Source: Candidatus Latescibacterota bacterium (lineage in GTDB: Bacteria; Latescibacterota; UBA2968; UBA8231). Taken from it: DNA of 64,000 bases. How positions within the stretch are numbered: position 1 is the first letter of the stretch; each line of letters opens with the position of its first letter. The stretch lies in the NCBI GenBank assembly GCA_965203355.1, contig OZ241889.1, forward strand, positions 160,001-224,000, in the 5' to 3' direction. The position numbers and the translations under genes were made by a program. A model generated the notes under the pieces. That model searched no databases. It was not told where the DNA came from and saw nothing but the letters and a program-made list of their open reading frames with translations. Positions 8,770 to 18,075 of the stretch are shown piece after piece.

Positions 8770-10551
8770 CTACTCGTATAGGTTTAGCGCCTGCTGCCAG
8801 TCGCTTATCTGACGCCGGCGGTCTTGATCTGACGCCATCTGGATGGGCCGCCCGCGCCCATCCAACACTAGCCCGACTACGCCACCGCGCACTCGTGCGT
8901 TTAGAGCTTGCCCCGGGCCAGCCCCCACATCCCACCGCCGCGCCGGCTGGAGCGAGACTTCGACCACCTCGCCATCGGCCAAAGGCATCCGCTGTAACTG
9001 GCCGATCGGTAACTGGCCGGTTTGACGCCCGCTGGGCAGGTCTATTTCGTATTGGAGGCAGACCTCGCCGGCCTTGCCCTCGCCGACAGGAGCCACACAG
9101 GTGCCCAAGTAGATCAGGCAATCGCGCTCGAAAACCTCGGTGGCAGCGCGCTTGTCCACAGTCGAGAGGACTCCCAAGTGAGGCATCATAAAGATACTAT
9201 CGACCGCCAAGCGGGTGACGCCTTCGGGCTGGAAGGCATCTATGAGCATGGCGCAACTTTGCTCGCGGCGGGGCGCGTGTGAGAGCACTCCGCCGCTGCC
9301 GACTAGCAGGTCCAGCCCCATCATCTCAACTAAACTCTCGCCGGTGGCCCCCTGCTCAAAAACATCGGCCAGCGTGCGCTTGCTCTGCACTCCCTTCAAC
9401 CCCACCGCCAACGCCCGATGCTGATCAAAGGCCAAGCGCAGTGCTTCGCGGGCAATGGCTTGCTCAACTTGTAGTTCCTGCATGAGTTGTGGGATGGTCG
9501 TCGGGCGAATCATCTTGTTTTTGATCCGGTCGCGGAGGTCGGCCTCCTCAATGTCAAAAGGAACCCAGCGCATGATTTGGCCGAGGCCGGCCTCGGCCAA
9601 CACGTTGGAGACGCTATAGGACATGCCGAGATTAGCACTGACCGTGCGGTTGAACACGCCGTCGAAAACGCTGAATACATCGGTCGTCGCCCCACCGATA
9701 TCCACGCCGACGACGTCGATCCCCTGCTGGCGGGCAATAGTCTGCATGATCTCGCCCACCGCCCCGGGCGTCGGCATAATCGGCGCACTGGCCCAGCCCA
9801 TCAGCTTGCTGTAGCCAGGAGCCTGCGCCATGACGTGCTCGAGGAAGAGGTCGTGAATGACGTGCCGCGCCGGGTCCAGATTTTCCTCTTCGAGCACGGG
9901 GCGGATATTCTCGGTAACAGTCAGGGCCATCTTCCCTCCCAGTGCCTTTCCGACCTCCTCGCGTGCGTCCTCATTGCCGGCAAAAATGACCGGCAACTTA
10001 AAGCCGGCGCCAAAGCGGGGCTTGGGATCGGCCGCGCTGATGAATTCGGCCAGTTCGACCACGTGACTGACGGTGCCGCCATCCGTGCCGCCCGACAGCA
10101 ATACCATATCGGGGCGCAACTGGCGAATCCGCTCTATTTTTTCGTGCGGCAAGCGCCTATCGTTGGCGGCGAGCGCGTCCATGACGATCGCCCCGGCACC
10201 CAAGGCGCAACGCTGGGCACTCTCGCCGGTCATCGCCAGGACCACACCGGCCACTACCATCTGCAATCCACCGCCCGCACTGCTCGTCGAGACGTAGCTA
10301 TCGACCCCGACATCGCCGGCGGCCGGCGTGATAATCCGCTCGCCATCGAGGATCTGCCGCCCGGAAAGCTCCTCGACCTCTTGAATGGCGTTGAGAACTC
10401 CCCGAGTGACGTCTTCAAAGGGGGCCTCAACCGTGGTTGGAGCCTCGCCGCGAAAGGTCTGGCGATACCCTTCTTCCTTCTTTTCGATCAGGATCGCCTT
10501 GGTCGTCGTACTGCCGCAGTCCGTGGCGATAACTACGTTGAGTTCATCCAT
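8770..10551 (-). CDS. GlmL/MutL(glutamate mutase L)-like ASKHA actin-fold ATPase
   Basis: Phosphate-1 DCGSTTTK, SSAGGGL, GGTDGG, phosphate-2 VDIGGATTDVFS, adenosine LVGSGGVLSHAP. Start ATG 10551 overlaps the upstream stop. Confidence 0.88.
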   Translation of the reverse strand: MDELNVVIATDCGSTTTKAILIEKKEEGYRQTFRGEAPTTVEAPFEDVTRGVLNAIQEVEELSGRQILDGERIITPAAGDVGVDSYVSTSSAGGGLQMVVAGVVLAMTGESAQRCALGAGAIVMDALAANDRRLPHEKIERIRQLRPDMVLLSGGTDGGTVSHVVELAEFISAADPKPRFGAGFKLPVIFAGNEDAREEVGKALGGKMALTVTENIRPVLEEENLDPARHVIHDLFLEHVMAQAPGYSKLMGWASAPIMPTPGAVGEIMQTIARQQGIDVVGVDIGGATTDVFSVFDGVFNRTVSANLGMSYSVSNVLAEAGLGQIMRWVPFDIEEADLRDRIKNKMIRPTTIPQLMQELQVEQAIAREALRLAFDQHRALAVGLKGVQSKRTLADVFEQGATGESLVEMMGLDLLVGSGGVLSHAPRREQSCAMLIDAFQPEGVTRLAVDSIFMMPHLGVLSTVDKRAATEVFERDCLIYLGTCVAPVGEGKAGEVCLQYEIDLPSGRQTGQLPIGQLQRMPLADGEVVEVSLQPARRWDVGAGPGQALNARVRGGVVGLVLDGRGRPIQMASDQDRRRQISDWQQALNLYE

Positions 10552-10879
10552 GTTTGTGGCTTTCGCGCTGGGCAATGGCCTCCGCAAGTAGGTCTATAGA
10601 TTGGCGTCGCTCCAACATGCGCGTAAATCGCTCGTACTCGTCACGCGAAAAAACCAGCGTGGCAAACGGGGCCAAAAAGGTCAGGGCTTGGCTACCCAAA
10701 AAGTTGAGGGGACGACAAGCCTCCAACGCCATAGACGCAGCCGCTCCCATGCGGCGACGCACTATAAACTCGGCTAACCGCTCGGCCAGCGCACGCTCTT
10801 CCTCAGACCAACTCGCCTCCGGGTCTTCGAGGGCAAAAGCGCGTCGCCACCGCTCTTTCAAGCTATTGACTTGGAACAT
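10544..10879 (-). CDS. Conserved-type hypothetical protein (111 aa, helical)
   Basis: Start moved to ATG 10879 (MFQVNSLKERW); overlaps both neighbours; LEACRPLNFLGSQ motif. Confidence 0.7.
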   Translation of the reverse strand: MFQVNSLKERWRRAFALEDPEASWSEEERALAERLAEFIVRRRMGAAASMALEACRPLNFLGSQALTFLAPFATLVFSRDEYERFTRMLERRQSIDLLAEAIAQRESHKHG

Positions 10880-11279
10880 GGCACCGAACGAAATGCACAA
10901 CTTCTTCGCGGTTCTGCTCAAAGCGCAAAAAAACGCCGCGAAAGGAATCCAGCCGACTCGGGCGAGCAGATGGACGCAAAAAAATGCCGTCCCAATGTTC
11001 ATCTACTCGACGGAATTCCGCCCAAGAGCGGCGCTGCTTGAAACCGAGATGTTCGCTGTTGATCCCCTCGCTGTCGAGCACATAGCGCGTGGGAAAGAAG
11101 TAGCGCGACAGCGAGGCGGTCAATGCCCCGAGCGAAAATGCCCCGTACAACCAATGCTCAAACCCAAAGGCAGCGGCCGCTGAGGAAGCGATGATGAGCG
11201 CGACCAGTAGCACTGATTTGGCCGGCCGCTCCCGGCGCAAGGGGTGAATTGCCCAGCGAAGCGGGGCTGCGAAGGACAC
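10863..11279 (-). CDS. Small membrane protein (2 TM plus short beta-rich C-terminal domain)
   Basis: GTG 11279 after AAGGA, 10 bp from the upstream stop; FFPTRYVLDSEGI...RRSWAEFRRV pattern resembles YcxB/PH-like domains. Confidence 0.7.
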   Translation of the reverse strand: MSFAAPLRWAIHPLRRERPAKSVLLVALIIASSAAAAFGFEHWLYGAFSLGALTASLSRYFFPTRYVLDSEGINSEHLGFKQRRSWAEFRRVDEHWDGIFLRPSARPSRLDSFRGVFLRFEQNREEVVHFVRCHVPSQ

Positions 11280-11289
11280 CGACGTGTCC

Positions 11290-13125
11290 TTAGTACATCT
11301 GCATTTTCTGCGCGACCCACCAATCTTGCAAGCGGACGCCAGGGGGATACCAAGTGACGCCACTGAAGCGGCGGCTATAAGCTTGGGCCGTGCGCGGCTT
11401 CCACAAAAAGGTATAGGGCTGTTCCTCGTGCAGGATTTCTTGAAAGCGCTGGTAGAGTGCGATGCGCCTTTCCATGTCGAACTCGCGGCGGTAGGTCTCC
11501 AAGATGTCGTCAACCTCGGCGTTGATGAAGCTCACCGCGTTGGAACCGTTCGCTACGGCCTGGGAGGAATGCCAGATCTGGTAACCGTCGGGCGCGAACT
11601 TCACATTGCCGGTCCAAGCCAGCACCATGGCGTCAAAATCCTTGCCGCGGACTTTTTGCAAAAAAATCGACCAATCTAACTCGCGCACTTGGCAGTCAAT
11701 GCCGATGTCCTGCAACTCGTATTGCAAAGTCAGGGCGATGTCCTTGCGGATCTGGTTGCCCGAATTGATCAAAATCTCAAAGCGAAATGGCACCCGATTT
11801 CCGCTGATGGCCTTATCGAGAATGCCGTCCTCGTCGGCGTCCTCCCAGCCAGCTTCCGCCAGCAGGTCGAGGGCGCGGTCGGGATCATACGCGTACGGCG
11901 CGAGATCGTGGTTGTATTCGGGGCGGAACTTGTGAATCGGCCCCTCCACCGCTTCGGCTAGGCCGAACATGATGTTTTCGACCATGCCCTCGCGGTCGGT
12001 TAGATAGGTCATGGCTTGGCGCACCCGCTTGTCGCCAAAAATTGGATGATTGTTGTTCCAGCCGATGTACAAATATCCACCAGCATAGCTAACGCCTTTG
12101 AGGAAGCGGCGGTTGAAGTCTTCCGACCAACTCTTTTCCTTAAATTCCAATGGGCGCAGAGCGTGGTAGTCGAGATTGCCATTGGTCAACTCGATGAATG
12201 CCGCGTCAGTATTGTTGATGATGTTAAAGACGATCTTATCGACAAAGCCAGGCGGCAGTAGCCCTTCCACATCTCGCCCCCAGTAGTTTTCGTTCCGCGT
12301 CAGCACGATTTTTTGTTGAGTGACCAAGTCGCGCTCTGGATCTTCTATTATATACGGCCCCGAGCCTAGGACCTTGCGGTTGAAATTTTGATTGAATTGT
12401 TCGGCAAAGCGCTCGACTCGCTCTTTGTGTGGCCCCTCCGCCCAAGAACCATCCACCAAACTCTTGACCTCGACCGGGTCCAGCAAACCCTCTGGATCGT
12501 AAAAGTGCTTAGGCAAGATATCGAAGCCGCCCAAGATCAGGTCATTGCGGAAATAGCGCTTGTCGCACAGAAAGCTGACCTTGTTCGCGCCTACCTGCTG
12601 TACCGCTTCGACAGCGGCGTAGTAGTTGCGCAGATGCGGCGCTAGCACTTGGGGATTGTGAATGACCTTCATGCTGAAGACGACGTCCGCCGCCGTCAGC
12701 CGCTTGCCGTCTGAGAAGTAAACCCCGTCGCGCAGTTCAAACGTATAGGTGAGTTTGTCCGCAGAAATCTCCGGGTAGCCCTTGGCGATTAGCCCTCGCA
12801 ACGCATAGGGCGGATCCGAGTCGGCTTCGAGCAGGCTTTCAAGTACGTAATTCAAGACCGTGCTGGCACCGGCATCATTAGCGGTGTACGGATTGAGTTT
12901 TTCGGGGTCGGACAGCATGTGGCGCACCATCCAATCACCGTAGGTCGGCTCTTCTCCGCTCTCGTAGCGCAGCGACGCCTTCTCAATGCCGTCGAGCACG
13001 ACGATATCCTCGGTACTCATGAGAATTTCCTGCACTACTTCCCATGATTCCTCCTCAGCGGCGACATGACCGCCGATGCAGACACCCAACCAAGCAGCCA
13101 CTATGGACATTCTAACTTTCGGCAT
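11290..13125 (-). CDS. ABC-type oligopeptide/nickel family 5 solute-binding protein (AppA-like)
   Basis: Signal peptide; YTFELRDGVYFSDGKRLTAADVVFS, GSGPY, DKRVRQAM, YDPDRALDLLAEAGW, QEILHEEQPYTFL motifs. Confidence 0.93.
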   Translation of the reverse strand: MPKVRMSIVAAWLGVCIGGHVAAEEESWEVVQEILMSTEDIVVLDGIEKASLRYESGEEPTYGDWMVRHMLSDPEKLNPYTANDAGASTVLNYVLESLLEADSDPPYALRGLIAKGYPEISADKLTYTFELRDGVYFSDGKRLTAADVVFSMKVIHNPQVLAPHLRNYYAAVEAVQQVGANKVSFLCDKRYFRNDLILGGFDILPKHFYDPEGLLDPVEVKSLVDGSWAEGPHKERVERFAEQFNQNFNRKVLGSGPYIIEDPERDLVTQQKIVLTRNENYWGRDVEGLLPPGFVDKIVFNIINNTDAAFIELTNGNLDYHALRPLEFKEKSWSEDFNRRFLKGVSYAGGYLYIGWNNNHPIFGDKRVRQAMTYLTDREGMVENIMFGLAEAVEGPIHKFRPEYNHDLAPYAYDPDRALDLLAEAGWEDADEDGILDKAISGNRVPFRFEILINSGNQIRKDIALTLQYELQDIGIDCQVRELDWSIFLQKVRGKDFDAMVLAWTGNVKFAPDGYQIWHSSQAVANGSNAVSFINAEVDDILETYRREFDMERRIALYQRFQEILHEEQPYTFLWKPRTAQAYSRRFSGVTWYPPGVRLQDWWVAQKMQMY

Positions 13126-13158
13126 ACTCTCTCCTTTTAATTAGCTAAACCAAATCCA

Positions 13159-14079
13159 TCAAACGAAGGTCAACCACCCGTGCGGGTCCTCAGCTCCGAC
13201 GCGGACCACGGCGAAAAAGGCATCTTGGATCTGTGCGGTGATCGGCCCGCACTTCCCACAGCCGATTTGCACTTGGTCTATAGCGCGAATCGGCGTGATT
13301 TCGGCGGCCGTGCCAGTGAAGAAAACCTCGTCGGCAATATAGAGAAACTCGCGTGGAATACCGCGCTGCTCAACCCGCATCCCCAAGTCGCGTATCAAGG
13401 TTATGGCGGTGTGGCGGGTGATGCCCGGCAGAATGGCAAAACACGACTCAGGCGTGTAGATCGAGCCGTTCTTGATGACAAAGATATTCTCGCCGCTGCC
13501 CTCGCTCACCAACCCATCTGTTCCCAAAACAATACCCTCGTCGTAGCCGTTGGCATTGGCTTCAATCCGCACGAGCTGCGAGTTGAGGTAGTTGCCGCCG
13601 GCCTTGGCCAAGGCGGGAAACGTATTCGGGGCCATGCGGTTCCACGACGAGGTGCAGACCGAAACGCCGTTTTTCAGCGCCGCCTCTCCGAGGTACTCTC
13701 CCCACTCCCACACGGCGATCACCACGTCAACCGGGCACCCCATCGGATCAACTCCCAAGTTCTTATAGCCGCGGAAGACAACCGGGCGAATATAGCAGGC
13801 CGCGAGCTGATTGACGCGGATCGTCTCGAGAATGGCCTCGGTGATTTCCTCCCGCGTATAGGGAATGTCCATGCGGTAGATTTTGGCGGAATCAAATAAC
13901 CTGTTGACGTGCTCGTCGAGGCGGAATACGGCCGAGCCTTTCGCGGTCTCGTAACAGCGAATGCCTTCAAAGACGCTCGAGCCGTAGTGTACTACGTGGG
14001 AAAGCACGTGGATCTTGGCGTCGTCCCAATCGACCCATTGGCCATTGAACCAGATTTTATCGCATTTGGGCAGGGGCAT
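13159..14079 (-). CDS. ilvE: Branched-chain amino acid aminotransferase
   Basis: [47 protein letters not shown]. Confidence 0.96.
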   Translation of the reverse strand: MPLPKCDKIWFNGQWVDWDDAKIHVLSHVVHYGSSVFEGIRCYETAKGSAVFRLDEHVNRLFDSAKIYRMDIPYTREEITEAILETIRVNQLAACYIRPVVFRGYKNLGVDPMGCPVDVVIAVWEWGEYLGEAALKNGVSVCTSSWNRMAPNTFPALAKAGGNYLNSQLVRIEANANGYDEGIVLGTDGLVSEGSGENIFVIKNGSIYTPESCFAILPGITRHTAITLIRDLGMRVEQRGIPREFLYIADEVFFTGTAAEITPIRAIDQVQIGCGKCGPITAQIQDAFFAVVRVGAEDPHGWLTFV

Positions 14080-14154
14080 CTAGAAAATCTCCTTGGGCAA
14101 GTATGCGAGTAATTAAGGTAACATCACAGTGAAACCGCTACCAGTGTTAAGCGA

Positions 14155-16110
14155 TTACAACGTTCGCGTATAGGTTACATTCAAGCTGTCAAACGTGCCG
14201 CTGCGCTGGATACTGCGGCTGCCACGCAAGACGAGCTTGTTGTCGCTGCCGACCGGATTGTAGTTAAAACTCACCGCCAGAGTCCGGTGTTTGTTGTGGC
14301 GGTTGAGGGAACGCGACTGAGCAAACTCGAAGTATTCGTAATCCCACTGGCGATCGCGCCTATAGGTATAGGTTGCGCCGACCGAGTAGTCAGGGCTGGG
14401 CGAGTAGGTCATGCCGAATTGAAGAGTGTATCTGGCGTTTTCCTCTTCGACGATCTGGGTGCCGTTTTCCAAAATCAGCGTACCGTCATCGTTGGCCGAA
14501 TAGTTGTAGCGTGCGTTGAGCGCAAGGTCGTCTAGCACCTTGCGCCGCAGCGAGTGTGCCATGCTCCAGCCGCGGCGGATATTGCTTTTGCGCGACGACT
14601 CGCGGCGATTGACTTGGCGATCGAAATCGTAGATGATGCGCCGCGCCGAGACGCTGAATCGGTGCGAAAAGGACGTGTCCAAGCGCTCGTAATTGGTGCC
14701 GACATTGAGCGAAATGTCGCGGTTGCGCGCGTTGTCCACGGCGCGGGTGGCGTGCAGGTTCACGCGATGCAAGAAGCTATTTTTGAGGTCAACGCTGAGC
14801 TTGACACCCGATCGCAGGGTGCCGTCATAGCTGAGGCTCACGCTGTTGTTGAAGGTGTCGCGGTCCTGCTTGGGGGCCCCTGGGTTTTCCGAGCGTTTGA
14901 TCTCGCCAAAGGTCGCCAACCGCAGCGAATGCCCATCGGCCAAGGGCCAGTTGAGAGAGCCGTTGAGAAAGAGATTGCGATTGATCTCGTCGGACCTTCG
15001 ATCGCGGCACGTTCCGTCCGCCGAGCGCGTGAAGTGGCTATCGCAAAGGCTGGTATCAGGCACCCGCACGGCCAGCCGACGCACGTCGCTGCCTTTGAAG
15101 CGGACGCTGGTGTTGAGGACCAGCTTCTCGACCAACTTGCCCGAAAGGGACGCGCTCCAGCTAAAGTTCTCGCCGAGGCGATCCTTGCCAAAGAAGCGGT
15201 TGTCTAAATCCTGGATCGCATTGTCGGTGTTGGTGTGTTCGTTCTTACTGTACGAGGCACTGTTTTTTATTTTAAAGCGCCCTAGATCAAACTCCACGTT
15301 GGAGGAAAAGCTAGTGCTGCGCGTTTTCGCCAACTCGGCACTGACCACCGTGTCGCGCACCACAGCCTCGCCGACTATAGCCTCGCTGATGGCGCGGCGC
15401 GAGCGGCCCTTCTGAGAGCGGTTTTCAGACATACTCAGGGCGACGCGCACATCGCCGGGAAAAGTATAGCTCACATTGCCGCTCAGCCGCTCGCTGCGGT
15501 CCTTGTTGTGTTCGAGCGTATCGTCTGTTTTGCTCAGCGAAATCGAGTTATTCAGCTTCTTGTCCGCAATCTCAATGTCGGGTGAGACCCTCAGCGAAGC
15601 ATTGTAGCGGATCCCGGTCTCCTTGATGGTGCTGTCGAGGCTGGCGCGGCTAGCGCGGGTGGCCTTGATCAGGCTCGGAACCAAGTTGGCACTCAGACTC
15701 TTGAATGGACCGCTGCTCAGTGGCTTAGACCCAAAGCCAAAGTCAAAGGACTGGCTGTGCGTCTTCTGCTTGTGCAGCGTTACGTTGCGCGTACTCATGC
15801 TGGCACCGAGGCTGATGGTGGCCTTGGGGCCGAGAATGGGATAGTTGACCCGAGATCGGGCCGAGGCATTGTCCTGCCAACTCTTGCCGGTACTGCGATC
15901 GTAGAGGCTAAACCCCATATTCGCCGATGCGTTGATCGCCAGCTTGGAGGTCGAGTCCCCTACCGCCGAAAACCGCACGGGCGTCGAGTAGCTCCAGCTA
16001 GGAAACGAATGGTTCCAAGAGGTTTGGGAACTGGAGCGGCGGAAGTTGAGCGTGTACTGTGCATCGGCCGCCGTCCATGCGACCAATACCAGCCACAAGA
16101 CCGGCTTCAC
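14155..16110 (-). CDS. Putative outer-membrane beta-barrel protein of unknown function
   Basis: Signal peptide (ADA-QY), alternating amphipathic beta-strand pattern throughout, C-terminal LNVTYTRTL. Confidence 0.7.
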   Translation of the reverse strand: MKPVLWLVLVAWTAADAQYTLNFRRSSSQTSWNHSFPSWSYSTPVRFSAVGDSTSKLAINASANMGFSLYDRSTGKSWQDNASARSRVNYPILGPKATISLGASMSTRNVTLHKQKTHSQSFDFGFGSKPLSSGPFKSLSANLVPSLIKATRASRASLDSTIKETGIRYNASLRVSPDIEIADKKLNNSISLSKTDDTLEHNKDRSERLSGNVSYTFPGDVRVALSMSENRSQKGRSRRAISEAIVGEAVVRDTVVSAELAKTRSTSFSSNVEFDLGRFKIKNSASYSKNEHTNTDNAIQDLDNRFFGKDRLGENFSWSASLSGKLVEKLVLNTSVRFKGSDVRRLAVRVPDTSLCDSHFTRSADGTCRDRRSDEINRNLFLNGSLNWPLADGHSLRLATFGEIKRSENPGAPKQDRDTFNNSVSLSYDGTLRSGVKLSVDLKNSFLHRVNLHATRAVDNARNRDISLNVGTNYERLDTSFSHRFSVSARRIIYDFDRQVNRRESSRKSNIRRGWSMAHSLRRKVLDDLALNARYNYSANDDGTLILENGTQIVEEENARYTLQFGMTYSPSPDYSVGATYTYRRDRQWDYEYFEFAQSRSLNRHNKHRTLAVSFNYNPVGSDNKLVLRGSRSIQRSGTFDSLNVTYTRTL

Positions 16111-16934
16111 GGCCTATTCTCTCTCAAATGCGAGCAGGCGTCGCTCAGCCGGACGAATTCCGCTAGCGACAATTCCTCCGGGCGGCGCGTTAGTTCGATT
16201 CCCGCCTGCTGGCCGAGGGCTTCCAGCCAAGGCCGCCCGCCCTCGGGATTGAGACCGAGGAGCGAATTGCGCAGCATCTTGCGCCGCTGGCCAAAGGCTC
16301 GGCGCACCAAGCGGTCGAAACAGTCCACGTCCTGTACTGCATAGCGGGGCTTGGGAATAAAGCGCAACTCGACTACGGACGAATCCACGGCCGGCACGGG
16401 CCGGAAGCAATCGCGTTCCACCGACAAGCGCATCTCCACTTCGGCGCGCATGGCCACCAACACCGACAACAGGCTGTAATCTTTTGAACCGGGGCTGGCG
16501 ACCAAGCGCCGAGCTACTTCGCGTTGGACCATGACGATGGCGCGGCTGATACAATCGGCGTGAGCGAGCAGGTGAAAAATTAGCGGAGCGGTGATGTTGT
16601 AGGGAAGATTGCCGACGATCAGCAGGCGGCACCCGCCCGCATCCCGTAGAACCTCCCCGAGATCAACTTGCAGAATATCCCCTTCTATCAAGCACAACTT
16701 ACGCGCATCTTGGCGCGCGCGCAGCAAAGCCACCAAATCGCGATCGATTTCTACGGCCACTAGGCGATCCAGAGCAGCGAGCAGCACTTCGGTCAACGCG
16801 CCCCGGCCTGGGCCAATCTCGACCACCACCTCGCCAGCGGCCGGACGCACCAGCCCCGCAATGGCCTCTATAACACCCCGAGCGACGAGGAAATGCTGGG
16901 CAAAGCGCAACCGCGGTCGGTGGGCGTTTACCAA
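16107..16934 (-). CDS. rsmA: 16S rRNA adenine dimethyltransferase
   Basis: QHFL, VVEIGPGRGALT, GNLPYNIT, MVQREVA, FGQRRKMLRNSL. Confidence 0.95.
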   Translation of the reverse strand: MVNAHRPRLRFAQHFLVARGVIEAIAGLVRPAAGEVVVEIGPGRGALTEVLLAALDRLVAVEIDRDLVALLRARQDARKLCLIEGDILQVDLGEVLRDAGGCRLLIVGNLPYNITAPLIFHLLAHADCISRAIVMVQREVARRLVASPGSKDYSLLSVLVAMRAEVEMRLSVERDCFRPVPAVDSSVVELRFIPKPRYAVQDVDCFDRLVRRAFGQRRKMLRNSLLGLNPEGGRPWLEALGQQAGIELTRRPEELSLAEFVRLSDACSHLRENRP

Positions 16935-18067
16935 GGTCGCGCCCTCGCCAAGCTAGGGTCAGGTGGCGGCATCCGAGCTGTTCCCCCTCGGCGCAAGCCG
17001 CGCCATAGGTCGGTCAACACCAACTGCGGATTGGCATTGTGCCTAAGGGCCTCGGCCACCCGATCGATTTCCAAGGCGACTCGGGCCGCATCTATTTTCT
17101 CTAGCAGCTCTGCCAAATAAGGACGCCGATCTACTTGGACGATGGACGCGCCGTGGCCGTGCGCCAACAGGAAGAGATCCCGTAGATACAGGCCACAGAC
17201 TTGCAAAAAACGATCTAATTGGCCCCGATCCCCCCCCAACTCCGCGAGGACGCTCCAATAGACTTCGTCCCGCTGCTCCGAACCACCGCTGAGAAACGAC
17301 TCAACTAGCTGTCGCGTTCCGTCAAACGCCCCGGCAGCCACCTCTTTGGCCTGCTGCAACGAGCCTGCCCCCATGCGTACGGCCAGTTCCAAACGCTCTC
17401 CAGTCACGCCCTCTTGTTCGAGCTGTGCCCGCAAGGTCGCTGCGTCTAAAGGGCTCAAAATCATGCGCTGGCAGCGCGAGAGTACGGTGGGCAAAACGCG
17501 CTCTGGTGCAGCCGAAACCAGCGCGATGACCGCCCGGGGCGGTGGCTCTTCCAAGAGCTTGAGCAGCGAATTGGCCCCGGCCGGGTGCATGCGCTCGGCG
17601 GCGAAGATCAAGCCGACTTTGCGCTGGGATTCCGTCGGCGCAAACGCCAACTCCTTTTGCAACTGGCGCAGGTGCTCCACCGCGATATTGGCGTTGCCGG
17701 GGAGCGCTGCGCCCGCGCCGTGAACGTACTCCACTACGGACTCGCGCAAGTCCGCCAGCACAAGCCGCTGCTTGCTTCGGCGAGGAGGTAGTGGCAATGC
17801 GGTGTGGAGGTCGGGATGTATGAACGAAGCGACCTTGCGACAACTTGGGCAACGATTGCAGGCGGCAGGGCCGCTGTCCATGCACAACAGGGCCTGCGCC
17901 CACGCGAGCGCAAAGCGTCGTTTACCGGTTCCCTCGGCCCCGCAGATGAGGACCGCATGGGGGATGCGGCCCGATTCAAGCCACGCTGCAGCCACGGCCC
18001 CAGCTCGATCTCGACGGACCAGACCGCTAAACTCCCCGGAGTGCGAGGTGCCGCCCGTGCTGTCCAA
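16928..18067 (-). CDS. holB: DNA polymerase III subunit delta-prime
   Basis: PHAVLICGAEGTGK, C4 zinc motif, HPDL, ANSLLKLLEEPP, LPTVLSRC. Confidence 0.9.
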   Translation of the reverse strand: MDSTGGTSHSGEFSGLVRRDRAGAVAAAWLESGRIPHAVLICGAEGTGKRRFALAWAQALLCMDSGPAACNRCPSCRKVASFIHPDLHTALPLPPRRSKQRLVLADLRESVVEYVHGAGAALPGNANIAVEHLRQLQKELAFAPTESQRKVGLIFAAERMHPAGANSLLKLLEEPPPRAVIALVSAAPERVLPTVLSRCQRMILSPLDAATLRAQLEQEGVTGERLELAVRMGAGSLQQAKEVAAGAFDGTRQLVESFLSGGSEQRDEVYWSVLAELGGDRGQLDRFLQVCGLYLRDLFLLAHGHGASIVQVDRRPYLAELLEKIDAARVALEIDRVAEALRHNANPQLVLTDLWRGLRRGGTARMPPPDPSLARARPW

Positions 18068-18075
18068 GCCAATCC

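Noticed and set aside
8770-10551. DNA mismatch-repair MutL or a glutamate fermentation locus
   Set aside because: The motifs are ASKHA, not GHKL, and no glmS/glmE or methylaspartase gene is present.
7462-10599. Long plus-strand ORFs (367 aa, 370 aa)
   Set aside because: Antisense shadows of well-supported minus-strand genes; no motifs or RBS.
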